The notes below the pieces were generated by a model, which saw nothing but the letters and a program-made list of their open reading frames with translations, was not told where the DNA came from and made no database searches. Positions 39,901-51,601 of a stretch of DNA of 64,000 nt are shown piece by piece. The stretch spans positions 1,782 through 65,781 of the forward strand of contig JAYQWA010000006.1 of assembly GCA_038148755.1 (NCBI GenBank), in the 5' to 3' direction. The position numbers and the translations under genes are program-made. The stretch's first letter is position 1. Every line of letters begins with the position of its first letter. This DNA is from Gammaproteobacteria bacterium. GTDB taxonomy: Bacteria > Pseudomonadota > Gammaproteobacteria > Pseudomonadales > Pseudohongiellaceae.

Positions 39901-40683
39901 ATGCCGGTAGAAATATGGTCAACAATCAAGGCTGAAATAAGTGAACAAATCATGCATGAACCTGTACTTGCAAGCTTCTTAAGCAAGCGTGTACATCAGC
40001 ATGACAATCTGGAATCAGCTATCAGTGACCTGCTGGCCAGCAAACTTGCTTCGGATGATGTCCCTGTCAGTACCTTGAGGCAGCTGTTCCTGGAAGCATT
40101 TTCAGCTGATGACAACTTAATTCAGGCAGTTTTAAATGACCTCATTGCAACCAAGCAGCGTGACCCGGCCGTCAGAGCTCATGCTGATATCATGCTATAT
40201 TTCAAAGGCTTCCAGGCAATGCAAGCTTACAGGGTAGCAAATTGGCTATGGCGTCAGGGGCGTGAAAATCTGGCTCTTTACTTACAAAGCCTAATTTCCG
40301 AAGTCTTTGCTGTGGATATCCATCCCGCCGCTAAAATTGGTTCCGGCATCATGATTGATCACGCGACAGGCATCGTTATTGGTGAAACCTGCGTCCTTGA
40401 AGACAATATCTCAATCATGCAGGGAGTAACACTGGGCGGAACCGGCAATGAGAGTGGCGACAGGCATCCTAAAATTAAATCAGGTGTGCTGATTGGTTCA
40501 AGCGCACAAATTTTAGGTAACGTGTCCATCGGCGAAGGAGCAAAAGTTGGTGCAGGCAGTGTTGTCCTGGATGACGTCGCTCCTCATACTACTGTAGCAG
40601 GCATCCCTGCTGTAATGGTTGGCAAACCCAGAGCGGATCAACCTGCCCTGGACATGAATCATGACTTGAACAGTCCCAGTTGA
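39901..40683 (+). CDS. cysE: Serine O-acetyltransferase
   Basis: SATase N-terminal helical domain (EPVLASFL...DPAVRAHADIMLYFKGFQA), then left-handed beta-helix hexapeptide repeats (IHPAAKIGSGIMIDHATGIVIGE...GVTLGGTG...RHPKI). ATG 39901 is preferred over the tracked upstream start. Confidence 0.92.
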   Translation: MPVEIWSTIKAEISEQIMHEPVLASFLSKRVHQHDNLESAISDLLASKLASDDVPVSTLRQLFLEAFSADDNLIQAVLNDLIATKQRDPAVRAHADIMLYFKGFQAMQAYRVANWLWRQGRENLALYLQSLISEVFAVDIHPAAKIGSGIMIDHATGIVIGETCVLEDNISIMQGVTLGGTGNESGDRHPKIKSGVLIGSSAQILGNVSIGEGAKVGAGSVVLDDVAPHTTVAGIPAVMVGKPRADQPALDMNHDLNSPS

Positions 40684-40910
40684 TTAGCGGCTCTTCACTT
40701 CTCTTTAACTTAATGTAATTTATAATAATATAAATATATCTTATTGTTTTATATTAAAATAATAAAATATATTTATCCTGGGTTTGCGCTTAGCCAACAG
40801 TTTTTATCGTGTAAACAATATGAATGTCATTACTTCAGATTGACTTTTCAAGCACCCTATGTGAATTTTCTCCTGCCACAATAAAAATCAAAAATTCTCA
40901 GGAGATTTTA

Positions 40911-41540
40911 ATGAAATTCAAACTTTTAATAGTCGGCTTGCTGACAGTAAGCGCTTTACCTGCTATCGCTCAACCACCAGAAGATACCAGCCTAAGCTTT
41001 TTCATCACCAGTGTTGGTTCCGGTGATGGCGCAAACCTGGGCGGCTTGGCAGGTGCCGATGCACACTGCGCATCTCTTGCAGCAGCTGTAGGCGCTTCGG
41101 GTAAAACCTGGCGTGCCTACTTAAGCACAACCGGATCTAATGGTGTTGATGCCAGAGACCGAATTGGTGAAGGTCCCTGGTATAACGCAGAGGGTCAACT
41201 GGTAGCTCGCAGCCTGGCCGATCTTCACTACAGTAATGTCAATTTCACCAAACAAACTGCCTTAAATGAAAAAGGTGAAGTCGTTAATGGTCGTGGCGAC
41301 CAGCCCAATCAACATGACATCCTTACAGGCTCTAACCCAGATGGGACTGCCTCTGAAATGACTTGTAATAATTGGACTAGTAGTGCCGAAGACGGCAGCG
41401 CCATGGTCGGTCACTTTGATCGTACCGGTGGTGGTGTTATTCCTGAATCATGGAATGCTGCACACCCCTCTCGTGGCTGCAGCCAGGACAACCTGATTGC
41501 TACCGGGGGCAATGGCTATTTCTTCTGCTTTGCCCAGTAG
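40911..41540 (+). CDS. Secreted protein with endostatin-like (C-type-lectin-fold, DUF1554-like) domain
   Basis: ATG 40911 follows CAGGAG. Sec signal MKFKLLIVGLLTVSALPAIA/QP. The mature part matches endostatin motifs and its four-Cys order (see finding). The coding call is solid. The fold call is from memory only. Confidence 0.55.
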   Translation: MKFKLLIVGLLTVSALPAIAQPPEDTSLSFFITSVGSGDGANLGGLAGADAHCASLAAAVGASGKTWRAYLSTTGSNGVDARDRIGEGPWYNAEGQLVARSLADLHYSNVNFTKQTALNEKGEVVNGRGDQPNQHDILTGSNPDGTASEMTCNNWTSSAEDGSAMVGHFDRTGGGVIPESWNAAHPSRGCSQDNLIATGGNGYFFCFAQ

Positions 41541-41578
41541 AAGTTATTTAGCGATTAAACAATGAAGTAATAAGAATT

Positions 41579-41614
41579 AAAAAAGCGTCTGTCTGCAAAG
41601 AGAGACGCTTTTTT
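41579..41614. terminator. Bidirectional rho-independent terminator between the convergent endostatin-like and iorB-like genes
   Basis: AAAAAA-AGCGTCTGTC-tgcaaa-GAGAGACGCT-TTTTT. The stem is 10 bp with one mismatch, with an A-run on one side and a T-run on the other. Confidence 0.78.
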
Positions 41615-41649
41615 ATATTTTATATGAGTTCCAAACGCTTGCTGCAAAC

Positions 41650-43929
41650 TCAGGCGAGTGTATAACCTGATTTACTCAAAGGCAGAGTTTTAATCCTTTC
41701 TCCATTTGCGGCAAAAATTGCATTCGTCACGGCAGGCATTAATGGGGGTAATGCTGGTTCACCCAAGCCCGTAGGGTCATACTCACTCTGAATAAAATGT
41801 GCTTCTATGTTCAAAGGGGCAGTTCGCATTCTGACGATGTTGTATTGATGAAAATTTTCTTGCTGGATTTCTCCATTGCGCATGGTTATTTCCAGATCCA
41901 TTATGGAACTCAAAGCATCGGTTGCCGCACCTTCTATCTGTTTAAGTGCTCCACTCATATTAATGACGGGGCCGATATCAATCGCAGCTGTAACCTTGTG
42001 AATACTAATCTTCTTATCATCATCAATACTCAATTCAACAACTTCGGCCACATGTCCAGCATGACTGAAATGAAAGGCAAAGCCCATGCCGTGGCCTGCT
42101 GGTAAAGATTTCCCCCAGCCGCTTTTTTCTGCCGCAAGCTTGATGACATCAACTGCACGTCCAGTATTTAATGAATTAATATTGCCCGGTTCAAACCACT
42201 GTGGGGCGCCCATCATTTCAATTAAAAACTCCACATAGTCTCTGTTTGCTGTATGTGCCATTTCCGCAAGAAAACTTTGCACCGCCCAGCCTGTTGCATT
42301 TGAACCAGGAGCACGCCATGAGCCAGTTGGCGTATTCGTATCTATCAAAGATACGGCAGATCTGAAATTATCAATACTGAGAGCTGGAAATTCATCATCT
42401 GCCAATCTGGTTCCCGCCGTTGCGCGACCTCTGACTGCAGGACCAATCAGGTGAGTTTGCATGGCGACAGGCCTGCCTTCACGACTGACAGCGCCTTTAA
42501 AAGCATACACACCACCTGGACGGTACTGATCATGTATCATGTCATCTTCACGTGTCCAAAGTAATTTAACGGGCACATCAAAACGCTTAGCAATTGCTGT
42601 CACTTCACAGGAATAATCCTGTAATCGTCTGCGTCCAAATGAGCCTCCCATACGCATCTGATGCAAGGTTATCTTTTGTTGGGGAATATCGAATACATTT
42701 TCAACAGAATTTAGCGTGATGCCTGGTTGTCTGGTTGGCGCCCAGATATCCAGGCTGTTATCTTCTCTATGATAGTGCGCAGTGCAATTCATGGGCTCCA
42801 TGCATGCATGCGCTAAATAAGGGAAACGATAGTTACTCTCAATGACTGTGGTATTGCTGTCCTGATATTGCCTTTCTACATCACCGGAAGCTGTTATTTC
42901 CAGCTCAGCGGGCCAGGGTGCAGCAGCAATTTCCAGCGCTCGGGAATAAATTTCTTCATTATCATCTACAGAAGCAGCAGAAGTATCCCACTCTACTTCC
43001 AAAGCCTGTTTAGCCTGAAAAGCCTGCCAGGTTGAACGTGCAACGATAGCAACACCATCCAATAATTCACCAACATTATCGTTTCCTTCAACAAGGAACG
43101 CATCCACGATACCTGGCAAGGATTTTATTTGGTCCAGATTTGCACTGACCACCCTGCCATAAGTAGCCGGGCACTTCTCATAGACGGCATAGAGCATATC
43201 AGGTAATTGAATATCGGAGCCGTATAATCCACCACCACCTGTAATAATCGTGTGGTTATCAACATCAGGCACACGCGTTCCTATTATTTTGTAATCGCTG
43301 CGTGCTTTAAATACCAGTGAATTAATATCAGGTATTGGTTCGCGGGCAGCCGCAAGTGCTAATTGAGAAAAAGGCAAACGCTGGCCTGTCTCACGGTTAA
43401 TCACTTCACTGTTTTCTGTATAGAGCAGGCCGGGATTTACTGACATCTGTTTTGCTGCCGCAGAAATAAACATCACTCGGGCGGCAGCTCCGGCACGTCT
43501 CATAGGATTCCATTCACGCGGGGTCGAAGTCGAACCTCCAGCCCTTTGTGCACCATAACGCGCCTCATTCATTGGCGCCCTGACCACTGTCACATCATTC
43601 CAGTCTGCCCCCAATTCCTCAGCAATAATCATCGGCAGCGACGTTTTAATCCCCTGTCCCTTTTCTGGCGTGTGCGCATAAAGACGAATGGAGCCATTCG
43701 TATTGACTTCAACAAAAGCATTCAATTCAAGGTGATCTGAATCTGCAGTCTCGGCAGCCTGAGCTTTATTTGACGGGATAAAAGAAGCCAGAGAAAACCC
43801 AACCCCAGTCGCACCAGAGGCCTGTAAAAATCCGCGCCGACTTATCCCCTGGGATAAAATTTCTTGAGCATTCAAGCCTGCTTCACCTTCATTAACCAAT
43901 AACGAGTCTTTGCTAAAAATTGTTTTCAT
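41650..43929 (-). CDS. Tat-exported molybdopterin-binding oxidoreductase, IorB / aldehyde-oxidase beta-subunit family
   Basis: About 759 aa from ATG 43929. Twin-arginine signal GISRRGFLQASGATGVGFS. Length and motifs (GQGIKTSLPMIIAEELG, GGSFGRR, GEPALPP) fit the xanthine dehydrogenase family Mo subunit. Confidence 0.82.
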   Translation of the reverse strand: MKTIFSKDSLLVNEGEAGLNAQEILSQGISRRGFLQASGATGVGFSLASFIPSNKAQAAETADSDHLELNAFVEVNTNGSIRLYAHTPEKGQGIKTSLPMIIAEELGADWNDVTVVRAPMNEARYGAQRAGGSTSTPREWNPMRRAGAAARVMFISAAAKQMSVNPGLLYTENSEVINRETGQRLPFSQLALAAAREPIPDINSLVFKARSDYKIIGTRVPDVDNHTIITGGGGLYGSDIQLPDMLYAVYEKCPATYGRVVSANLDQIKSLPGIVDAFLVEGNDNVGELLDGVAIVARSTWQAFQAKQALEVEWDTSAASVDDNEEIYSRALEIAAAPWPAELEITASGDVERQYQDSNTTVIESNYRFPYLAHACMEPMNCTAHYHREDNSLDIWAPTRQPGITLNSVENVFDIPQQKITLHQMRMGGSFGRRRLQDYSCEVTAIAKRFDVPVKLLWTREDDMIHDQYRPGGVYAFKGAVSREGRPVAMQTHLIGPAVRGRATAGTRLADDEFPALSIDNFRSAVSLIDTNTPTGSWRAPGSNATGWAVQSFLAEMAHTANRDYVEFLIEMMGAPQWFEPGNINSLNTGRAVDVIKLAAEKSGWGKSLPAGHGMGFAFHFSHAGHVAEVVELSIDDDKKISIHKVTAAIDIGPVINMSGALKQIEGAATDALSSIMDLEITMRNGEIQQENFHQYNIVRMRTAPLNIEAHFIQSEYDPTGLGEPALPPLMPAVTNAIFAANGERIKTLPLSKSGYTLA

Positions 43930-44109
43930 AAGACTTTCTCTTAGACTAATTTTCACGTTACTTTAACCAATTCGATACTGATTGGTAAGTAAAAAATCAA
44001 CATTTCGGGCCAATTTTACATAATTTACATGAAAGCTGCTCACTTACTGACCCGCTACTAGCTTTCGTGTAAAATCCGCCCTCTCTTTTAGCTGGACTAA
44101 CAAATTTTC

Positions 44110-45822
44110 ATGAACCTGAAACAAATTCTTGATCAACAGATTTCGTCGGCACTTTCAGACATATCAGGTAAATCGGACTGCCAGGCGCTGGTTAATTATT
44201 CCAAATCTGCGCAATTTGGCGATTATCAGGCCAATGGTGTTATGGCACTCGCCAAACAATTAAAACAAAACCCCAGAGAACTCGCTGAACAAGTAACAAG
44301 CAAACTGAAATTAAATAAATTTGCAGACAAAGTAGAAATTGCCGGGCCAGGTTTTATTAATATCTTTATCAGTAATGAATTTTTAAGCCAGCAACTAAAT
44401 TTATTGAATAAAAACAGGCTCGTTGACAAAAGTCTAAAACCCCAGACAGTCATTATTGATTACTCGTCTCCTAACCTGGCTAAAGAAATGCATGTCGGCC
44501 ATTTGCGTGGCACGATTATCGGTGATGCTATTGCCCGAACTTTTGAATGGATGGGGCATAAATTAGTCAGGCAGAACCATTTTGGTGATTGGGGTACTCA
44601 GTTCGGCATGTTAATAACTTTCATGCTGGAGCAGGATGGAGCTACTACTGAGCTCAGCAATCTGGAAAGCTTTTATCGATCGGCTAAACAACGATTCGAC
44701 GAAGATTCTGACTTTGCAGACAGGGCCCGTGAAAATGTAGTGAAACTTCAATCCGGTGATGAACAGTGCCTGCAACTGTGGCAGTCATTTATTGAAGTTT
44801 CAGTAAAGCATTGCCAGGAACTTTATCAAAAACTCAACATCACCCTCACTGAAAAAGATGTAGTCCCTGAAAGTTTCTATAATGATAAATTGCCTCAAAT
44901 TATTGAAACTCTTGATGCTAAAGGCTTACTCACACAATCAGACAGGGCACATTGCGTCTTTCTTGAAGAATTCAAAAACAAGGAAGGCGAACCCCTCCCC
45001 GTCATAGTGCAGAAATCTGATGGTGGTTATTTATACGCAACCACTGACCTGGCTGGTATTGAATACCGTTGCCATACACTACATGCAGACAGAATTCTCT
45101 ATGTGGTTGATGCCCGTCAGGGACTGCACTTTCAGCAGGTTTTTGCTGTAGCCAAGCTGGCAGGGCTGGCCGGAAGCAGCTGCTCTCTTGAGCATTTAAG
45201 CTATGGCACCATGATGGGAAAAGATGGCAAGCCCTTCAAAACCAGAAGTGGTGACACCATCAAACTCATTGATCTGATTGATGAAGGTATTGAACGTGCT
45301 TATAAACTTGTAGAACAGAAAAATCCTGAATTAAACGAAGAGGAAAAACTGCAAATTGCAGAAATTGTCGGCATTTCGGCAATAAAATACGCCGACTTGG
45401 CCAAAAACCGTAATAGTGACTACATCTTTGACTGGGACAGTATGTTGTCATTTGAAGGCAATACAGCGCCTTATATGCTTTATGCCTATGCCCGTATACA
45501 CAGCATTTTTCGGCGCGCAGAGCTTGATATTGAAGCAGATTACAAGATTATTGTCAGCAGTCCTGAAGAAAAAGCACTGGCCTTAAAACTGCTTCAGTTC
45601 ACTGAGGTCGTGGAGCTTTTGCTTGAAGAGTGCCTGCCAAACCAACTTTGTCTTTATCTTTATGAGCTTGCTGGAAATTTTATGAGCTTTTATGAGGCTT
45701 GCCCTGTCTTGAAATCGACAGATGAGACCAAACAATCGCGCCTTGGCCTGTGCCAACTTACTGCACTGACCTTACAGCAGGGCTTATCCCTACTTGGGAT
45801 AGAAACACTCGATAAAATGTAG
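44110..45822 (+). CDS. argS: Arginine--tRNA ligase
   Basis: 570 aa. HIGH-type motif MHVGHLRG and a class I synthetase anticodon-binding C-terminus ending ...GIETLDKM. Confidence 0.97.
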   Translation: MNLKQILDQQISSALSDISGKSDCQALVNYSKSAQFGDYQANGVMALAKQLKQNPRELAEQVTSKLKLNKFADKVEIAGPGFINIFISNEFLSQQLNLLNKNRLVDKSLKPQTVIIDYSSPNLAKEMHVGHLRGTIIGDAIARTFEWMGHKLVRQNHFGDWGTQFGMLITFMLEQDGATTELSNLESFYRSAKQRFDEDSDFADRARENVVKLQSGDEQCLQLWQSFIEVSVKHCQELYQKLNITLTEKDVVPESFYNDKLPQIIETLDAKGLLTQSDRAHCVFLEEFKNKEGEPLPVIVQKSDGGYLYATTDLAGIEYRCHTLHADRILYVVDARQGLHFQQVFAVAKLAGLAGSSCSLEHLSYGTMMGKDGKPFKTRSGDTIKLIDLIDEGIERAYKLVEQKNPELNEEEKLQIAEIVGISAIKYADLAKNRNSDYIFDWDSMLSFEGNTAPYMLYAYARIHSIFRRAELDIEADYKIIVSSPEEKALALKLLQFTEVVELLLEECLPNQLCLYLYELAGNFMSFYEACPVLKSTDETKQSRLGLCQLTALTLQQGLSLLGIETLDKM

Positions 45823-45861
45823 CCTTAATTTATCTCAACGACAGGATTTTTACACTATTAG

Positions 45862-48180
<2,319 letters not shown>

Positions 48181-48184
48181 TATA

Positions 48185-50086
48185 CTACTGACTTAAATCC
48201 AGCAGCAGTTTGTTCAAACGGCGAATGAAGGTTCCCGGGTCATCCAATTGCCCGCCTTCTGCCAGGTTTGCCTGATCGAACAAAACTGCTGCTAATTCAT
48301 CAAAGCGGTCTTCGTCACTTTCCTCATCCAGTCTTTTAACGAGTGGATGCTCAAGGTTCAATTCAAAAATAGGCTTGGAATCAGGAACAGCCTGGCCTGC
48401 CGCTTCCAGGATTTTGCGCATCTGTAAATTCATATCAAATTCACCGACAGCCATACAGGCAGGTGAATCTGTTAAGCGATTAGTCGTACGCACTTCAGAG
48501 ACTTTTTCGCCGAGAGATTTTGTAACACGCTCCAGCAAAGGTTTGGCTTCTTCGTCAGCCTTCTCCTGTTGTTTTTTATCTTCTTCACTGTCCAGTTCAC
48601 CTAAATCCAGCTTGCCCTTAGTGATGTCCTGGAATTGTTTGCCATCATATTCCATCAGGTGATTCATTAACCACTCATCAACACGGTCTGACAACAACAG
48701 CACTTCCAAACCTTTTTTCCTAAATACTTCAAGATGCGGACTGTTCTTTGCCGTATTGTGAGTCTCACTTGTTATGTAGTAAATCTTCTTCTGATTTTCC
48801 TGCATACGAGAGACATAGTCAGACAGTGATTGATCCTGTTTTGCATCACCTGTATGTGTTGTTGCAAACAATAATAAATCAGCAATTTTCTCACGATTGT
48901 TTGGATCTTCCGCTGGCCCTTCTTTGAGCACTTGCCCGAACTCCTGCCAGAAAGTTTGGTATTTCTCTGCATCTTTCTTTTTAATTTTAGCCAACATATC
49001 AAGCACACGTTTTGTAAGCGCACTCTTCATCGAATCAACTGTAGGATCTTTTTGCAATATCTCTCTGGAAACATTCAGTGAAATATCATTTGAATCAATG
49101 ACACCTTTTATAAAACGCAGGTACAAAGGCAAGAACTGCTCAGCTTCGTCCATAATAAAGACACGCTGCACATAAAGTTTTAATCCTCTCGCGGAATCCC
49201 GATTCCAGAGATCAAAGGGCGCTTTTGCCGGCAGGTACAATAAAGAAGTATATTCAAGTTTGCCCTCTACTTTATTGTGACTCCACTCCAGCGGATCAGA
49301 AAAGTCATGACTGACATGTTTATAGAACTCTTTATACTCATCGTCACTTAATTCTGTTCTAGTACGAGTCCATAGCGCTTTGGCTGAATTAACAACTTCA
49401 AATTCTTTTTCTTTCTTTTTTTTACCGTCTTCACCGAAGTCTTCTTTAAGCATTTTCACCGGCAAAGAAATATGATCTGCGTATTTCTTTACGATACTTC
49501 TCAGACGGAAAGGCTCTGCAAATTCTTTTTCCTGTTTTTTTAGATGCAGAATTATTGTCGTTCCTCTTTCCTTTTTATCTGTATCTTCAATACTGAATTC
49601 TGCTTCCCCGTGTGATTCCCAATGCACACCCTGTGCAGCAGGTTCGCCAGCTTTTCGGGTAAATACTTCAACTTTATCTGCAACTATAAAAGCGGAATAA
49701 AATCCAACCCCAAACTGACCTATCAATTGCGAATCTTTTTTCTCATCACCAGTTAAACTTTCTAGAAATTGCGCTGTGCCAGATTTTGCTATAGTTCCCA
49801 GATTTTCGATAACTTCTGCTCTGTTCATACCGATACCATTATCTTTAATCGTAATGGCTTTAAGCTTACTGTCGCACTCAACTACAATATTCAGATCTGA
49901 ATCACCCTCATAGAGAGAATCATCTTTCAGCGCCACAAACCTGAGCTTATCAGCAGCATCCGACGCATTTGAAATTAACTCACGCAAAAAGATTTCCTTA
50001 TTACTGTATAAGGAGTGAATCATAAGATGTAGCAGCTGTTTAGCTTCAGTTTGAAACCCTAGCGTCTCTTTTTGGGCAGCAGTCAT
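48185..50086 (-). CDS. htpG: Molecular chaperone HtpG (Hsp90)
   Basis: 633 aa. Motifs [38 protein letters not shown] and [11 protein letters not shown]. Confidence 0.97.
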   Translation of the reverse strand: MTAAQKETLGFQTEAKQLLHLMIHSLYSNKEIFLRELISNASDAADKLRFVALKDDSLYEGDSDLNIVVECDSKLKAITIKDNGIGMNRAEVIENLGTIAKSGTAQFLESLTGDEKKDSQLIGQFGVGFYSAFIVADKVEVFTRKAGEPAAQGVHWESHGEAEFSIEDTDKKERGTTIILHLKKQEKEFAEPFRLRSIVKKYADHISLPVKMLKEDFGEDGKKKKEKEFEVVNSAKALWTRTRTELSDDEYKEFYKHVSHDFSDPLEWSHNKVEGKLEYTSLLYLPAKAPFDLWNRDSARGLKLYVQRVFIMDEAEQFLPLYLRFIKGVIDSNDISLNVSREILQKDPTVDSMKSALTKRVLDMLAKIKKKDAEKYQTFWQEFGQVLKEGPAEDPNNREKIADLLLFATTHTGDAKQDQSLSDYVSRMQENQKKIYYITSETHNTAKNSPHLEVFRKKGLEVLLLSDRVDEWLMNHLMEYDGKQFQDITKGKLDLGELDSEEDKKQQEKADEEAKPLLERVTKSLGEKVSEVRTTNRLTDSPACMAVGEFDMNLQMRKILEAAGQAVPDSKPIFELNLEHPLVKRLDEESDEDRFDELAAVLFDQANLAEGGQLDDPGTFIRRLNKLLLDLSQ

Positions 50087-50143
50087 TATTTAGTCATCTC
50101 CTATTAAGTTTACTTGCAACTGGTTTATTCAATAGTGGCCTTT

Positions 50144-50170
50144 AATGAGGGCAAAATTTGAATTTTCAAG
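50144..50170 (-). promoter_or_regulatory. Sigma32 (RpoH) heat-shock promoter of htpG
   Basis: The minus strand reads CTTGAAA-attcaaattttg-CCCTCATT. Consensus is CTTGAA-N13-15-CCCCATNT. The -10 element ends about 57 nt upstream of the htpG ATG. Confidence 0.55.
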
Positions 50171-50173
50171 AGC

Positions 50174-50206
50174 AAAAAAAAACGCATCTAAAGATGCGTT
50201 TTTTTT
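50174..50206 (-). terminator. Rho-independent terminator of the TonB2-type operon
   Basis: AACGCATCT/AGATGCGTT form a 9-bp inverted repeat. It is flanked by an A9 run and a T8 run. On the minus strand the hairpin is followed by a U-run, 18 nt after the ttpD stop. Confidence 0.8.
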
Positions 50207-50223
50207 AATTCAAAGTGTAGGTC

Positions 50224-51591
50224 TTAACGAAAAAAGCCTTGGTATAATTCTCGTTGCCTTTGCTTGGTTTCATACAATGTTTTTTCATTATTCAGGTATT
50301 GCACCCAGGTTGCAGCAGCTTCTTCACTGCGCTCATCCCTACCTGCTATCTGTGCAGCCTCAATACCCTCATCATGACGATTTAATTCAAGCAGCGCTCT
50401 TGCCTGTCTCAAATAAGCCTGATCAGGTCTATCAAGGTCGCCTTTTGCAAAAGCATTACCCAAGGCATCTACAGCATCTTCAAAACGGTTTAAATTAATA
50501 TAGATAGAAGAAAGGCGGGAATACATTTCACCATCAGATGATAACTCTGCTGCTCTGGTATAAGGATCAATAGCCATTTCATCTTCCCTGGCTAGCTGAT
50601 AGCTTTGCGCTAAGCGAGCCCAATTATCTTCATCATCACTTTCCAGGAGTCCTTCTTCCAAACCCTGCTCAAATATCTTTGCTGCTCCCCAATAGAATTC
50701 ACTATTAAATAACTGCCCGGATAAATTAATAATTTGGCCTTCACTATCAACAAAACCAAAAGTGTTCATGGCATAGATAAACTGGGCTTGTTCTTCAAAA
50801 CGCTCCAGTGCACCCAATACATTAACCATGAATTCCCAATCATCTGGCTCATTAAACAATACAATCATTTCCCTAGTCAGTTGCAATGCACTATCTAAAT
50901 CTTCCAACAAGGTGTTCAAAGAACGTGCAAGATCATAGGTGCCTTTCTCAACTTCTTCGCCTTGAGCACGTTGCTGGTCCATATATTCAAGAATATAGTC
51001 CAGAGAGTTGGCAAAATCTTCCAGAGAGTAATAAGCAAAAGAAATTCTCTGGTAAGCCGCAATATCAATCTCAAAAGCCATACCAAGATACTCTAGATAG
51101 GACTCAATAGAACCTGTGTAATCTTCAACGGCGAACTTTAATTGTCCCATGAGGAACAACGTTGATTCACGATTTTCTGGCGTTAATGCATCTTCATCCA
51201 TCGCCAGAATACGCTCCTGATAAACAATGGCTTCTTCATAATTTTCTTCAAGAGCCGCAAAATTCGCGTAAAATTGCCACAGCCTCAACTCTTCAGCATC
51301 ATTTAAACGGCCGTTCTCATACATATCACGCAATTCCTGCAAAACTGCATCAGCGCCAGCTGTATCACCTTCATCTCTGAGTTCCATGATTTCTTCGAGA
51401 CGCTGGTAAACAGGACGGGAGAGAGTCTGTGCTGAACGGGCTGCAGGTGGTGCTCTTCTGCCATCATCTTCTTCCTGGGCAACGCTTACTGCAGAAAAAC
51501 TAAGGCACAAGGGAAACAACACTAGTAAAGCACCTGTTTTTACAAGTCTTTTGAAGCGCAAAATATAAAATCTGGAATTACCTAATATCAT
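50224..51591 (-). CDS. ttpD: TPR-repeat protein of TonB2-type clusters (TtpD-like)
   Basis: The start is probably ATG 51591 (alternative 51609), giving the signal peptide MILGNSRFYILRFKRLVKTGALLVLFPLCLSFSAVSVAQ. Multiple TPR-like repeats. It is the last gene after tonB, as in the Vibrio TonB2 clusters. Confidence 0.65.
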   Translation of the reverse strand: MILGNSRFYILRFKRLVKTGALLVLFPLCLSFSAVSVAQEEDDGRRAPPAARSAQTLSRPVYQRLEEIMELRDEGDTAGADAVLQELRDMYENGRLNDAEELRLWQFYANFAALEENYEEAIVYQERILAMDEDALTPENRESTLFLMGQLKFAVEDYTGSIESYLEYLGMAFEIDIAAYQRISFAYYSLEDFANSLDYILEYMDQQRAQGEEVEKGTYDLARSLNTLLEDLDSALQLTREMIVLFNEPDDWEFMVNVLGALERFEEQAQFIYAMNTFGFVDSEGQIINLSGQLFNSEFYWGAAKIFEQGLEEGLLESDDEDNWARLAQSYQLAREDEMAIDPYTRAAELSSDGEMYSRLSSIYINLNRFEDAVDALGNAFAKGDLDRPDQAYLRQARALLELNRHDEGIEAAQIAGRDERSEEAAATWVQYLNNEKTLYETKQRQRELYQGFFR

Positions 51592-51601
51592 GATACAAAC
51601 C

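Noticed and set aside
40703-40730. dif-like (XerC/D) site in the AT-rich tract. The reverse complement TATTATTATAA-ATTACA-TTAAGTTAAAG matches 9 of 11 positions of the XerD arm TTATGTTAAAT.
   Set aside because: The XerC arm lacks the conserved GCGCA core, matching only the terminal ATAA. In a tract that is about 95% A/T, a 9/11 match to an AT-rich half-site is expected by chance. There is no flanking IMEX-like gene content.
43963-43988. Imperfect inverted repeat TTAACCAAT-n9-ATTGGTAA upstream of the iorB-like gene, considered as a regulator operator.
   Set aside because: It has only a 6-7 bp arm with an indel. No regulator gene is adjacent, and I cannot match it to a known operator consensus.
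50145-50498. 117-aa plus-strand ORF spanning the htpG promoter, the terminator and the 3' end of ttpD. Similar small ORFs lie at 12701-12886 and 39635-39925.
   Set aside because: They run through a terminator hairpin or overlap better-supported genes. They have no motifs and no SD sequence, so they are spurious.
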